DNA of 64,000 nt from an uncultured Chloroflexia bacterium (GCA_963749705.1 CAVVNQ010000015.1:192001-256000); one strand, 5' to 3'; counted from the stretch's first letter, positions 1 to 9,848 are shown. Translations and numbers: made by a program. Notes: generated by a model not told the origin, from the sequence alone.

Positions 1-2
1 GG

Positions 3-152
3 CTGATCGCCGAGCGGGCCGGGCTCGCTCCGGATACCACCGGCGACGAGGCCGATCCCGCGGCATCGGCGGGTCCGCCCGAGGGCGTTCGACCCGCGCG
101 AGCGGCCGCCGGCGTTGCACCCGTCCCCGCCGACCTCGAGACGCCATGGTGA
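3..152 (+). CDS. 3' end of an upstream gene (truncated by the window edge), product not identifiable
   Basis: The frame is open from position 3 (LIAERAGLAPDTTGDEAD...LETPW) to TGA at 150-152, which overlaps the nadE start (GTGA coupling). A nitrilase/glutaminase-domain gene often precedes short NadE, but that cannot be verified here. Confidence 0.45.
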   Translation: MIAERAGLAPDTTGDEADPAASAGPPEGVRPARAAAGVAPVPADLETPW

Positions 153-1045
153 GCGAGGCTCCGGGGCCGATGTTCGTGCTCCCGGACGAGCTGGCGATCG
201 ACACCGGGGTCGCACGGACCGTCATCGCGGCGTTCATCCGCGGCCAGCTCCGGCAGGCGGGGTTCGAACGGGCCGTCCTGGGGCTGTCGGGCGGGATCGA
301 CTCCGGGCTCGTCGCGTACCTGGTCGCCGACGCGATCGGCGCGGAGCGCCTCCTGTGCGTGCTGATGCCGTATCGCACGTCGTCACCGGCATCGCGGTCG
401 GACGCGGAGGAGATCGTCCGTCGCCTCGGCTGCGCCTCCGAGCTGGTCGACATCAGCCCGATGGTGGACGGCTACTTCGGCGCCGACGGCGAGGCGGGAG
501 CGGCGGGTCCCGAGGGCCTCGAGGCCGCCCCGCTGCGTCGCGGCAACCTGATGGCCCGAATGCGCATGTCGGTGCTCTATGACCGATCCGTCACCTGGGG
601 CGGGCTGGTCGTCGGCACGGGCAACAAGACCGAGTCGCTGATCGGATACACGACGCTGTTCGGGGATTCCGCGTGCGCGTTCAACCCCATCGGTGACCTG
701 TACAAGAGCCAGGTCCGCCAGCTGGCGGTCGCGATGGGGCTGCCGGAGGCGATCATCCGGAAGGCGCCATCCGCTGACCTGTGGCCGGGCCAGACGGACG
801 AGATCGAAGCGGGCTTCTCGTACCCGGAGCTCGACCGGCTGCTGTTCTGGCGGATCGACAAGCGTCGGAGCGTGGACGAGGTCGTGGCGCTCGGGTTCGA
901 TCCCGCGCTCGTCGAGCGGGTGGATCACATGGTCGCCGGCTCCGAGTTCAAGCGCCAGGTGCCGCCGATCGCGAAGCTCGGCCCGCGGACGGCCGGGGTG
1001 GACTATCTGTACCCGCGCCGCCGGCCCGGGTCGGCACGCAGCTGA
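146..1045 (+). CDS. nadE: NAD+ synthetase (synthetase domain only)
   Basis: PP-loop LGLSGGIDS, GNLMARMRM, GTGNKTE, GYTTLFGD, PIGDLYK, KAPSADLWPGQTDE and SEFKR motifs. The start may be GTG 149. Confidence 0.95.
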   Translation: MVSEAPGPMFVLPDELAIDTGVARTVIAAFIRGQLRQAGFERAVLGLSGGIDSGLVAYLVADAIGAERLLCVLMPYRTSSPASRSDAEEIVRRLGCASELVDISPMVDGYFGADGEAGAAGPEGLEAAPLRRGNLMARMRMSVLYDRSVTWGGLVVGTGNKTESLIGYTTLFGDSACAFNPIGDLYKSQVRQLAVAMGLPEAIIRKAPSADLWPGQTDEIEAGFSYPELDRLLFWRIDKRRSVDEVVALGFDPALVERVDHMVAGSEFKRQVPPIAKLGPRTAGVDYLYPRRRPGSARS

Positions 1046-1047
1046 CG

Positions 1048-1941
1048 GTGGCTGCCGGCGGGACGCTGTACCTGGTCGCGACGCCGATCGGCAACCTCGG
1101 CGACGTCACGCTGCGCGCGCTCGAGATCCTGCGCAGCGTGCCGCTGATCGCGGCCGAGGACACCCGGATCACGCGCCGGCTGCTCGATCGCTACGAGATC
1201 GGGACGCGGACCACCAGCTACCACGCCAAGAGCGGTCCGGCGCGGGAGCGGGAGCTGCTGGCGCACCTTGCCGGCGGCGCCGACCTCGCCCTCGTCACGG
1301 ACGCCGGCACGCCGGTCGTGTCCGATCCCGGCGAGAGCCTGGTTGCGGCATGGGCGGGGCGCGGCGGCACGGTGGTCGCGGTTCCGGGTGCGTCCTCGGT
1401 GCTCGCGGCCGTTGCATCGAGTGGGGTGGCCGGGCCGCGCTGGACCTTCGAGGGGTTCCTGCCGCGAAGCGGCCGTGAGCGGCGCGACCGGCTGGAGCAG
1501 ATCGCGGGCGATGAGCGGGGTGCCGTGATCCTCGAGGCGCCGGGCCGCACAGCCGCGACGCTCGCCGACCTGGCCGCGGTCTGCGGCGATCAGCGCTCGG
1601 GCGCCGTCTGCCGCGAGCTGACCAAGCTCCACGAGGCCGTCGTGCGGGGATCGCTCGGGGAGCTGGTCGACGCGGCGCGCGACGGGACGATCCCCGCGCG
1701 GGGCGAGGTGGTGATCGTCGTGGGCTGGTCGAGCGGGGTGGTCGCAGGGGCGGTCGGTCCCGGCACGTCGGGGGCGACGCGTGACGCGGTGATCGCGACC
1801 GCCCGGGCCGAGGTCGAACGGCTCGTGGAGGGTGGTGCCGCGCGGGGCGACGCCGCGCGTCGCGTTGCGGCGGAGACCGGCCTCCCGCGGCGGGCGCTGT
1901 ACGCGACCCGGACGGATCCGCGGCCGGAACCACGGGGCTGA
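1048..1941 (+). CDS. rsmI: 16S rRNA (cytidine1402-2'-O)-methyltransferase
   Basis: LYLVATPIGNLGD, AAEDTR, DAGTPVVSDPG, FEGFLPR and CRELTKLHE motifs. GTG start 2 nt after the nadE stop. Confidence 0.93.
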   Translation: MAAGGTLYLVATPIGNLGDVTLRALEILRSVPLIAAEDTRITRRLLDRYEIGTRTTSYHAKSGPARERELLAHLAGGADLALVTDAGTPVVSDPGESLVAAWAGRGGTVVAVPGASSVLAAVASSGVAGPRWTFEGFLPRSGRERRDRLEQIAGDERGAVILEAPGRTAATLADLAAVCGDQRSGAVCRELTKLHEAVVRGSLGELVDAARDGTIPARGEVVIVVGWSSGVVAGAVGPGTSGATRDAVIATARAEVERLVEGGAARGDAARRVAAETGLPRRALYATRTDPRPEPRG

Positions 1942-2055
1942 GGGAGCCGGCTGCCGGGCGGACCGGGCTGCCACGCGGGCGGCCGGCTGGCGCGCGGGCG
2001 GCCGGTGCAGCGTCATCTCCGCCTTTCGACCGTCGTGGTGACGTACCCTTCGCCG

Positions 2056-3036
2056 ATGCCACCCGCCGGATCGCCGCCACCGCCGCCACCGGACGCCCGA
2101 GCGGTCTCGGACGCCTATGGTCTGGGACGACCGACCGGACCGCCGGTCTTCGCGGCGCGCGGAGAGCTCGGGCGGATCTGGCGGCTGGACACGAGCGCCG
2201 GCACGTGGGCGATCAAGGAGCTGTTCGAGCCGCCGTCGGAGGCTGAGGCGGCCGATGATGTCGCCTTCCAGCTGGCAGCCATCGGGGCGGGCATCCCGAT
2301 GCCGCGTCCGATCCCGACTCGCGATGGCATGGTCCTCGCGCGGGCGACGGCGGTCGACCGCGAGCTGGTGGTTCGGACGTACGCCTGGGTGGAGCTGGCA
2401 GGACGCGACGCGATTGCCGACGTGATGGCGGCCGGCCGCATCCTGGGGCAGCTCCATGCGCTCGCGTACCCGGACGGGCGATCGCCGGATCCGTGGTTCA
2501 CGGCACCCGTTGCCGACGATCGCTGGGCCTCCCTGGTGGCGGACGCCGAGGCGCTCGGCGTCGCCTGGGGGGCGGACCTCCGGGGTCTCGCAGCGGCCTT
2601 CGTGGAGGCCCGATCACTCATCCTCTCGGGCAACCACGCGCCGACGATCCGGTGCCATCTCGACTTCAATCCGGACAACGTGCTCGTGGACGTGCACGGC
2701 GGACTCGTGGTCGTCGACTGGGAGAACGGGGGAGCCGCCTCGGCCGAGCAGGAGCTCGCGATGGCCGTCGACGTGTTCATCGACGACCCGGCCACGGAGC
2801 CGAGGTTCCTGGCCGGCTACCGAGAGGGTGGCGGGACGGCCGAGCTGCGCGATCGCAGCTCGTTTGCGATGGCGTACGCGATGCTCGGGAACCTCGTGGC
2901 GCATTACGCGGAGCGAGCGCTCGACGGTGCCGTGGGCGATGAGGATCGTGCGCGGGCGGCGTACTGGATCCGTGACATCGCCGCTCACGGGGTCAGCCTC
3001 GAGCGAACGGACGCGCTGCTGCAGGCGGCGCGATAG
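2056..3036 (+). CDS. aminoglycoside phosphotransferase / kinase-like (APH) family protein
   Basis: AIK lysine, Brenner motif HLDFNPDNVL and VDWE. ATG 2056 is preceded by TACCT-type -10 (TACCCT, 2044-2049). Confidence 0.8.
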   Translation: MPPAGSPPPPPPDARAVSDAYGLGRPTGPPVFAARGELGRIWRLDTSAGTWAIKELFEPPSEAEAADDVAFQLAAIGAGIPMPRPIPTRDGMVLARATAVDRELVVRTYAWVELAGRDAIADVMAAGRILGQLHALAYPDGRSPDPWFTAPVADDRWASLVADAEALGVAWGADLRGLAAAFVEARSLILSGNHAPTIRCHLDFNPDNVLVDVHGGLVVVDWENGGAASAEQELAMAVDVFIDDPATEPRFLAGYREGGGTAELRDRSSFAMAYAMLGNLVAHYAERALDGAVGDEDRARAAYWIRDIAAHGVSLERTDALLQAAR

Positions 3037-3139
3037 CCGCCGAGGCGCCATGGACCCGGTGGCCGTGGCGAGGGAGCCGGCAGCGGCGCGGGAGGGGGTG
3101 CCGCGCCGCCACCGGCCAGGAAACGGGAAGGCTGCGGGA

Positions 3140-3628
3140 TCAGGCCGCGACGGCCTCCTCGAGGAGCTCGTCCTCCTCCTCGTCGTCCTCGTCGCCGCCC
3201 GGGGTGACGCTGAAGCCGGCGTCGTCCGCGATCGGCTCGGCGGCATCCGGCGCCACGCCCGCGGCGACCGCCTGCGCCTCGAGCGCCGTCGCTGCCGTCT
3301 CGGCCGCGTAGTCCTTCTTGCGACGGCCGGACAGCATCTCGACGCTGCTCGCGACGATCTCCGTCTTCCAGTGGCGCTGACCCTTGTCGTCGTCCCATGT
3401 GCGGGTCTGGATCCGGCCCTCGATGGCGACCTGCTGGCCCTTGCCCAGGTACCGGCCGCAGGTTTCTGCCAGCCGATCCCATGCGACCACGTTGTGGAAC
3501 TCGCTCTTCTCCTTGCCCGACACGTACTCGTGGCTCGCGACGGAGAACTGGGCGACGGCCTTGCCGCCGGCGGTCGTGCGAACCTCGGGGTCGCGGGTCA
3601 GGCGCCCGGTGAGAAGGACCCTGTTCAT
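3140..3628 (-). CDS. ssb: single-stranded DNA-binding protein
   Basis: MNRVLLTGRLTRDPEVR, FHNVVAW, YLGKGQQVAIEGRIQTRTW OB-fold, followed by an acidic tail. Confidence 0.92.
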   Translation of the reverse strand: MNRVLLTGRLTRDPEVRTTAGGKAVAQFSVASHEYVSGKEKSEFHNVVAWDRLAETCGRYLGKGQQVAIEGRIQTRTWDDDKGQRHWKTEIVASSVEMLSGRRKKDYAAETAATALEAQAVAAGVAPDAAEPIADDAGFSVTPGGDEDDEEEDELLEEAVAA

Positions 3629-3897
3629 CGGTTCGTTGTCTCCTTCCGATCCGGCCGAGCCGCGCTTCCTGGGCGCGACGAGATCCGGCCGATCCTGCGT
3701 GCGGCGGGCATCAACGGACGGCGGGCGGGTGGGGCGCCGGCCCCGGCGGTCGGGCCTCGACGGAGCGACGGGTCGGCGGGGCCGGCGTGGTTCGACGGGC
3801 AGGACGAACCCTAGCGGTCGTGACTTCACGCACGCTTACGCGGGCGATGGCCCCGGGCGACCTCGGGCCCGGCCGCCAGCGCCGGGCGGACCGACGC

Positions 3898-4485
3898 TCA
3901 GCGGCTCCCGGTCCCTCGCTCGACCCCCGGCTCGGCTAGATCCGCGTCCGTCCCGCCGTCGTCCCCCGTGTCCGAATCCGGCTCCGGCTCGCGCGCCACG
4001 ACCACCTCCACCCGGGTCGCCTGCCGGAGGTCGTCGACGATGTCGCCGGTTCCGCTGAGGATGTGCTCGACGACGCCAGCCTCGTCCAGCGACGCCGGGA
4101 CGACGATCGTCTGAGCTCCCTGTCCGGCGGCGTACCGGGCGAGCGGCTCCGGGCCGTGCTCGGAGGGAAGCCACCCGTAGGCGTCCACGCCGAGCCCGCG
4201 CGCAGCGCTGACCTGGCGCGCGAGCGGCGCCCGACCGGCCCTCTCCAGTTGGGGGACGTCCAGCCTGCTCCCGAACTGCTCCGTCTCGCCGTCGGCCGAC
4301 CACCACGTCGGCAGCGGCGAGTCGAGGACCGATGCCGCATCCCAGTGGTAGAGGATCAGCGCCGCACCCGAACCGCGCGCGAGCTCCACGGCGAGTCGCC
4401 GGGCGGCGGCGAATCGATCGTCGTCCGAGGTGACGGCGACGATCGGGCGGGAGGCAGCGGGTCGGGTGGGCGTGGATTGCGTCAT
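3898..4485 (-). CDS. universal stress protein (UspA-like)
   Basis: IVAVTS...AARRLAVELARGSGAALILYH N-terminus and a C-terminal 'IVV...ILSGT...LRQATRVEVVVAR' pattern resembling the Usp fold. Confidence 0.6.
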   Translation of the reverse strand: MTQSTPTRPAASRPIVAVTSDDDRFAAARRLAVELARGSGAALILYHWDAASVLDSPLPTWWSADGETEQFGSRLDVPQLERAGRAPLARQVSAARGLGVDAYGWLPSEHGPEPLARYAAGQGAQTIVVPASLDEAGVVEHILSGTGDIVDDLRQATRVEVVVAREPEPDSDTGDDGGTDADLAEPGVERGTGSR

Positions 4486-4589
4486 GCGGGGAACTCCCGG
4501 GTGGTGCCACGGCGGGCATGGTTGCGCACGTTCAGGTCACCCTACGATCGGTGACGTGTGGCAGCGCGACGCCGTCGGACCCGGTGATG

Positions 4590-4605
4590 TGTCAGGCGCA
4601 TCACA
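4590..4605. promoter_or_regulatory. CRP/FNR-family-like palindromic site in the uspA/purA divergent region
   Basis: TGTCA-ggcgca-TCACA, one mismatch from TGTGA-N6-TCACA, about 105 nt upstream of the usp start. Confidence 0.4.
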
Positions 4606-4717
4606 GCGTGCGCACCGGCGGTTGGACACCCGCCCTGCTGCGCGGAGACCCGCGGGTCGTCCGGTACGACGGCGCCGGGTCATCGTCGGACGTCGTCGCG
4701 GGGGGCCTTCGGTTCGC

Positions 4718-4926
4718 TATACTCGCCCGGTCCTCGAGGCTGCGCGGAGCTCCCCGACCGCGAAGGAGGAACTGACCATTGCTCGAGGGAGGCGCGGCGT
4801 CCGCCCCGTGAGACGGCACCGCACCCCTGACCGCTCGGTCCGCCGAAGCGCCGGTGGGCAGTCGCGGGAGACGTCTATCCAGGACCCCGGCCTCGTCCGG
4901 GGTCGTTTCATGCCCGGAGGCACCCG
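4718..4926 (+). promoter_or_regulatory. putative pur operon promoter and ~200-nt structured leader/attenuator
   Basis: TATACT -10 at 4718-4723. AAGGAGG (4763-4769) precedes a 10-codon TTG uORF (4779-4811). Hairpin GACCCCGG-N6-CCGGGGTC (4883-4904) is followed by GTTTC just before the purA RBS. Confidence 0.45.
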
Positions 4927-6234
4927 ATGCCCGCGACGGTGATCGTCGGCCTCCAGTGGGGCGACGAGGGCAAGGGCAAGACCACGGACTTCCTGGCCGA
5001 GCAGGTGGCGATGGTCGTGCGCTACCAGGGCGGCGACAACGCGGGCCACACGGTCGTCACCGGCGACGAGGTGTTCAAGCTCCAGCTGTGCCCGTCGGGC
5101 GTGCTGTATCCGCACATCACGTCGGTGATCGGGAACGGCGTCGTGGTCAACCCCGCCACGCTGATCGCGGAGCTGGAGATGCTGGCCGGACGCGGGGTCG
5201 ACGTGGCGAAGGTCCGGGTCAGCCGCAGCGCGCACGTGATCATGCCCTACCACGTGGCCCTGGACCGCGCGAACGAGAGCCGGCTCGGGGGCGCGAAGGT
5301 CGGAACCACCGGCCGGGGGATCGGGCCCACGTACGGCGACCGCGCGTGGCGGCTGGGGCTGCGCATGGAGGACCTGCTCGACCGCGAGGTGTTGCGCGAT
5401 CGGATCTCGCGCGCGCTGCCGGACAAGAACCTGCTGCTCGCCTCGATGGGTGCCGACACGTTCGAGGTCGAGCCGCTCGTCGATCAGGCCGCGGCCTGGG
5501 GTGAGCGCCTCCGCGACCACCTGGACGACAGCACATGGCTGGTCCAGGACGCGCTCCGCCGCGGTGACCACGTCCTGCTCGAGGGCGCGCAGGGCACGCT
5601 GCTCGATCTCGATCACGGCAGCTACCCGTTCGTGACGTCGTCCAACCCGGTGGCCGGCGGCGCCTGCACGGGCGGCGGCATCGGGCCGCTCCAGGTCGAC
5701 GAGGTGATCGGCGTCATGAAGGCGTACGCGACGCGGGTCGGCTCCGGGCCGTTCCCGACCGAGCTCCACGACGACATCGGCCGCGGGATCGCGGAGCGCG
5801 GTCGTGAGTTCGGCACCGTCACCGGTCGCCCGCGCCGGGTGGGCTGGCTGGACGCGGTCCCGATGCGCTACGCGGTCGCCGTCAACTCCAACTCGGCGAT
5901 CGTGCTCAACAAGCTCGACATCCTATCGGGGATCGAGACCATCCGGCTGTGCGTGGCCTATGACATCGACGGCCGGCGCGTCGAGACCTGGCCCTCCAGC
6001 GGCTCGGCGCTGTCGCGCGCGACGCCCATCTACGAGGACTTCCCCGGCTGGGAGGAGCCGATCCACGACGTGCGCTCGCTGGCCGGACTGCCCGAGAACG
6101 CGCGCCGGTACGTGACCGCGCTCGAGGAGCACGCCGGGGTGCCGATCGTGTTCGTGTCCGTGGGCCCGGAGCGCAACCAGACCATCGAGCGGGCGTGGCG
6201 GCCGATGCGCCATCGGCCGGGCATGCCGGCGTAG
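4927..6234 (+). CDS. purA: adenylosuccinate synthetase
   Basis: QWGDEGKGK, QGGDNAGHT, GTTGRGIGPTY, EGAQG, TRVGSGPFPTE and GTVTGRPRR motifs. Confidence 0.97.
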   Translation: MPATVIVGLQWGDEGKGKTTDFLAEQVAMVVRYQGGDNAGHTVVTGDEVFKLQLCPSGVLYPHITSVIGNGVVVNPATLIAELEMLAGRGVDVAKVRVSRSAHVIMPYHVALDRANESRLGGAKVGTTGRGIGPTYGDRAWRLGLRMEDLLDREVLRDRISRALPDKNLLLASMGADTFEVEPLVDQAAAWGERLRDHLDDSTWLVQDALRRGDHVLLEGAQGTLLDLDHGSYPFVTSSNPVAGGACTGGGIGPLQVDEVIGVMKAYATRVGSGPFPTELHDDIGRGIAERGREFGTVTGRPRRVGWLDAVPMRYAVAVNSNSAIVLNKLDILSGIETIRLCVAYDIDGRRVETWPSSGSALSRATPIYEDFPGWEEPIHDVRSLAGLPENARRYVTALEEHAGVPIVFVSVGPERNQTIERAWRPMRHRPGMPA

Positions 6235-6269
6235 GGCGGACGATCCCCGTGTCCCCCGCGACCCTCGCG

Positions 6270-7586
6270 ATGCCGTCCCGGATCCTCGTCCTGGGCGCGG
6301 GCGGTCGCGAGCACGCGCTGGCCTGGAAGCTCGCGCGGGAGCCCGGCGTCCGCGAGGTGCTCGTCGCGCCGGGCAGTGCGGGCATCGCCGCCGAGCCGCG
6401 CGTGCGCACGGTCCGGGTCGATCCGATGGACCCCGCGGCGGTCGTGGCGCTGGCGCATGACGAGGCGGTCGACCTGGTCGTGGTCGGGCCCGAGGCGCCG
6501 CTGTCCGTGGGCGTCGCGGATGCGCTCGGCGCCGCGGGCGTCGCCGTGTTCGGCCCGCCTCGTGCGGCCGCGCGCCTCGAGACCTCGAAGGCCTTCTGCC
6601 ACGACGCTGCAACGGCTGCCGGTGTCCGGATGGCCGCGGCCCGTGCCTTCGGCGGCGATGACGTCGACGGCGCCGTTGCCTGGGTGCGCGAGCTGGGCGC
6701 GAGGGGCGCCGGTGTCGTGCTCAAGGCCGACGGCCTCGCGGCCGGCAAGGGCGTGATCGTGACCGACTCGACCGACCAGGCGCTCGACCTCGTGCCGTCG
6801 TTCCTCGCCGGTCGTCCCGGCGGCGCGCCGGCGCTGGTCGTCGAGGAGCGCCTGTCGGGGCCCGAGGCCAGCGTCATCGCGATCTGCGACGGCGAGCGTG
6901 CCATCGCCCTGCCCGCGGCCCGCGACCACAAGCGCCTGTGCGACGGCGACCGCGGTCCCAACACCGGTGGCATGGGCGCCTACTCGCCGCTGCCCGATCT
7001 CGACCCGGCCGCGGTCGCGCAGGTCCTCGCGACCGTCCATCGCCCGATCCTGGCCGAGATGCGGCGGCGCGGGACGCCGTTCCGTGGCTTCCTGTACGCG
7101 GGCCTGATGCTGACGCCCGACGGTCCGGCCCTGCTCGAATGCAACGTCCGGCTCGGCGACCCCGAGGCGCAGGTGATCCTGCCGCGACTGTCCGGGTCGC
7201 TGGCGCCGCTCCTCGCGGCGGCGGCGCGTGGCCGGCTGCCGGAAGATGCGCCGTCCGTGCTCGACGCCCTGCCGGGGGCCGCGGTCGCCATCGTGCTCGC
7301 GGCGAAGGGGTACCCGGGCGATCCGAGGCGCGGCGATCCGATCGCCGGGCTGGATCGCGCCCGCGACCTCGGCGCGCTCGTGTTCCACGCGGGCACCGTC
7401 GGCCGGCCGCAGGGGGGTTTCGGGACCAACGGGGGACGCGTGCTGACCGTGGTCGGGCGGGGAGCGGACCTCGCGGCCGCGCGGGACGTCGCGGAGCGCG
7501 CCGCCGACCTGATCGCGTGGGACGGGATGCAGCGCCGTCACGACATCGCGACCGACCTGCCGCAGGCCGCGGCGGTGGTCGCATGA
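6270..7586 (+). CDS. purD: phosphoribosylamine--glycine ligase
   Basis: LGAGGREHALA, VGPEAPL, KADGLAAGKGV, GPNTGGMGAYSP, RLGDPEAQ and GGRVL motifs. The start may be GTG 6249. Confidence 0.95.
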   Translation: MPSRILVLGAGGREHALAWKLAREPGVREVLVAPGSAGIAAEPRVRTVRVDPMDPAAVVALAHDEAVDLVVVGPEAPLSVGVADALGAAGVAVFGPPRAAARLETSKAFCHDAATAAGVRMAAARAFGGDDVDGAVAWVRELGARGAGVVLKADGLAAGKGVIVTDSTDQALDLVPSFLAGRPGGAPALVVEERLSGPEASVIAICDGERAIALPAARDHKRLCDGDRGPNTGGMGAYSPLPDLDPAAVAQVLATVHRPILAEMRRRGTPFRGFLYAGLMLTPDGPALLECNVRLGDPEAQVILPRLSGSLAPLLAAAARGRLPEDAPSVLDALPGAAVAIVLAAKGYPGDPRRGDPIAGLDRARDLGALVFHAGTVGRPQGGFGTNGGRVLTVVGRGADLAAARDVAERAADLIAWDGMQRRHDIATDLPQAAAVVA

Positions 7587-8944
7587 TCCCGCGCTACACG
7601 CTGCCCGAGATGGGCGCGCTGTGGTCCGACCGCGCCCGCTTCGAGCACATGCTCGAGGTCGAGCTCGCGGTCTGCCGCGCCGAGTCCCGCCGGGGCATAG
7701 TCCCGCCCGACGCCCTGGCCGCGATCGAGGCGCGCGCCGTTGTCGACGTCGACAGGATTTCCGAGATCGAGCAGACCACCGACCACGACGTCATCGCGTT
7801 CGTGTCGCAGGTCGCCGAGGCCGTGGGGCCCGAGGGCCGGTACCTCCACCTCGGACTGACCAGCAGCGATGTCGTGGACACGGCGCTCGCGCTCCAGCTC
7901 CGGGCGGCCGGGGAGCATCTCCTGGCGGACGCGGATCGCCTCGTGGCCGCGCTGATCGCGCGGGCGAGGGCCGAGGCCGGGACCGTGATGATGGGCCGCA
8001 CCCACTCGGTCCACGCGGAGCCGACCACGTTCGGGCTCAAGTGCGCCGGATGGGCGTTCGAGGTCGCCCGCGGCCGTGCGCGCCTGGCGGACGCCACCGC
8101 GGAGATCGGCACCGGCAAGATCAGCGGCCCGGTCGGGACGTACAGCCATCTCGACCCCGACCTGGAGGCAGAGGTCCTGGCGGAGCTCGGCCTGCGCGTG
8201 GATCCGGTCAGCACCCAGGTCGTCCAGCGTGACCGGCACGCGGCGTTCGTGGGCGCGATCGCCGTCCTCGGCGGCTCGCTGGAGCGGCTCGCGACGGAGG
8301 TCCGAAACCTCCAGCACACCGAGATCGCCGAGGTCATGGAGCCGTTCAAGCGCGGCCAGAAGGGCAGCTCGGCGATGCCCCACAAGCGCAACCCGATCCT
8401 GTCGGAGCGGATCGCGGGCCTGGCGCGCCTCCTCCGCGGCTACGCCGGCGCGGCGCTCGAGAACCAGCCCCTGTGGCACGAGCGCGACATCAGCCACTCG
8501 TCCGCCGAGCGGGTGATCCTGCCCGACGCCACGATCCTGCTCGACTACATGCTCCAGCGCACGACCGGGCTGGTCGAGGGCCTCGTCGTCCGCCCCGAGC
8601 GGATGCGCGAGAACATCGAGCGCGGGCTGGGGCTCCACGCATCGTCGCGCGTGCTGCTGGCGCTGGTCGAGGACGGCGGGCTGTCACGCGAGGATGCGTA
8701 TGCGATCGTCCAGCGCAACGCGCTGCGCGCGGCCGACGAGCGGGTGCCGCTCGATGGCCTCCTGGCGACGGATCCGGCCGTTGCGGGACGGCTGCCGCTG
8801 GCCTCGCTCGACGCCTGCTTCGACGATGCCGCGGGGCTCCGGCACGTGCCGGCGGTGATCGCGCGGCTGGATGCGCTCGAGACCGAGGTGCGAGCGCGAC
8901 TCGGAGATGAGAACCGAAGGGAGGGCGCCGGTGTCGCTCGCTGA
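7583..8944 (+). CDS. purB: adenylosuccinate lyase
   Basis: MIPRY start overlapping the purD stop (ATGA), HLGLTSSD, GRTHSVHAEPTT and the GSSAMPHKRNP signature. Confidence 0.96.
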   Translation: MIPRYTLPEMGALWSDRARFEHMLEVELAVCRAESRRGIVPPDALAAIEARAVVDVDRISEIEQTTDHDVIAFVSQVAEAVGPEGRYLHLGLTSSDVVDTALALQLRAAGEHLLADADRLVAALIARARAEAGTVMMGRTHSVHAEPTTFGLKCAGWAFEVARGRARLADATAEIGTGKISGPVGTYSHLDPDLEAEVLAELGLRVDPVSTQVVQRDRHAAFVGAIAVLGGSLERLATEVRNLQHTEIAEVMEPFKRGQKGSSAMPHKRNPILSERIAGLARLLRGYAGAALENQPLWHERDISHSSAERVILPDATILLDYMLQRTTGLVEGLVVRPERMRENIERGLGLHASSRVLLALVEDGGLSREDAYAIVQRNALRAADERVPLDGLLATDPAVAGRLPLASLDACFDDAAGLRHVPAVIARLDALETEVRARLGDENRREGAGVAR

Positions 8945-9848
8945 GGTGTTCGACCGGTCGGGCAAGGTCCGTGACCTGTATCGCGTGGGCGACGATCGCC
9001 TGCTGCTCGTGGCGTCGGATCGCCTGAGCGCGTTCGACGTCATCCTGCCCACGACGATCCCGGACAAGGGCCGCATCCTGACGGGGTTCTCGCGGTTCTG
9101 GTTCGCGAAGACGGCGGACCTGGTGGGCAACCACCTGCTGTCGGCGGATCCCGCCGACCTGCCCGAGAGCCTCACCCATCGCGATCCGGCGCTGATGGCG
9201 GACCTCCGCGGACGGATGATGCTGGGACGGTTGACCGAGGTCCTGCCGGTCGAGTGCGTCGTCCGCGGATACCTGTCCGGGTCGGGCTGGAAGGAGTACC
9301 AGGCCGACGGCAGCGTGTGCGGGATCCGGTTCCCGGCCGGCATGCGCGAGAGCGACCGGCTGCCGGCGCCGATCTTCACCCCGGCATACAAGGCGCCGGC
9401 CGGTCATCACGACGAGAACATCACGTTCCGCCAGGTCGAGGAGCTGGTCGGCGACACCCTGGCCGAGCAGATCCGGGCCGTGTCGCTGGCCCTGTACCGA
9501 CGCGGGGCCGCGGTGTGCGAGGCTGCCGGGATCATCCTCGCCGACACCAAGTTCGAGTTCGGGCTGCTGCCGACCGGCCGGCTGCTCCTGATCGACGAGA
9601 TCCTGACGCCCAATTCGTCGCGCTTCTGGGATGCGGCGACATGGGAGCCTGGTCGCCCGCAGGCGAGCTACGACAAGCAGTACGTGCGCGACTGGCTCGA
9701 GGCGCAGCCGTGGGACAAGACGGCACCCGGGCCGGAGCTGCCGGACGAGGTCGTGGCCGGGACGCGGGCACGGTACGTGGAGGCCTACGAGCGGATCACC
9801 GGAGCGAGCTTCGCCCGCTACCTGCAGGAGGATGTCATCGCCCCATGA
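8931..9848 (+). CDS. purC: SAICAR synthetase
   Basis: SGKVRDLY, ASDRLSAFD, ECVVRGYLSGSGW, ADTKFEFG and YDKQYVRDWL motifs. The conserved TPDSSR reads TPNSSR. Confidence 0.95.
   Translation: MSLAEVFDRSGKVRDLYRVGDDRLLLVASDRLSAFDVILPTTIPDKGRILTGFSRFWFAKTADLVGNHLLSADPADLPESLTHRDPALMADLRGRMMLGRLTEVLPVECVVRGYLSGSGWKEYQADGSVCGIRFPAGMRESDRLPAPIFTPAYKAPAGHHDENITFRQVEELVGDTLAEQIRAVSLALYRRGAAVCEAAGIILADTKFEFGLLPTGRLLLIDEILTPNSSRFWDAATWEPGRPQASYDKQYVRDWLEAQPWDKTAPGPELPDEVVAGTRARYVEAYERITGASFARYLQEDVIAP

Noticed and set aside
2056-3036. Bona fide aminoglycoside resistance gene
   Set aside because: Only generic APH/kinase motifs are present, the codon usage is native and there is no mobile context. The substrate is unknown.
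3789-3810. GGTTCG-N10-CGAACC as a LexA box upstream of ssb
   Set aside because: The half-sites are in the wrong order and spacing for GAAC-N4-GTTC.
4730-4910. Known guanine, ZTP (pfl) or ykkC/PRPP riboswitch upstream of purA
   Set aside because: The core consensus blocks could not be matched by eye, so it is kept only as an unclassified leader.
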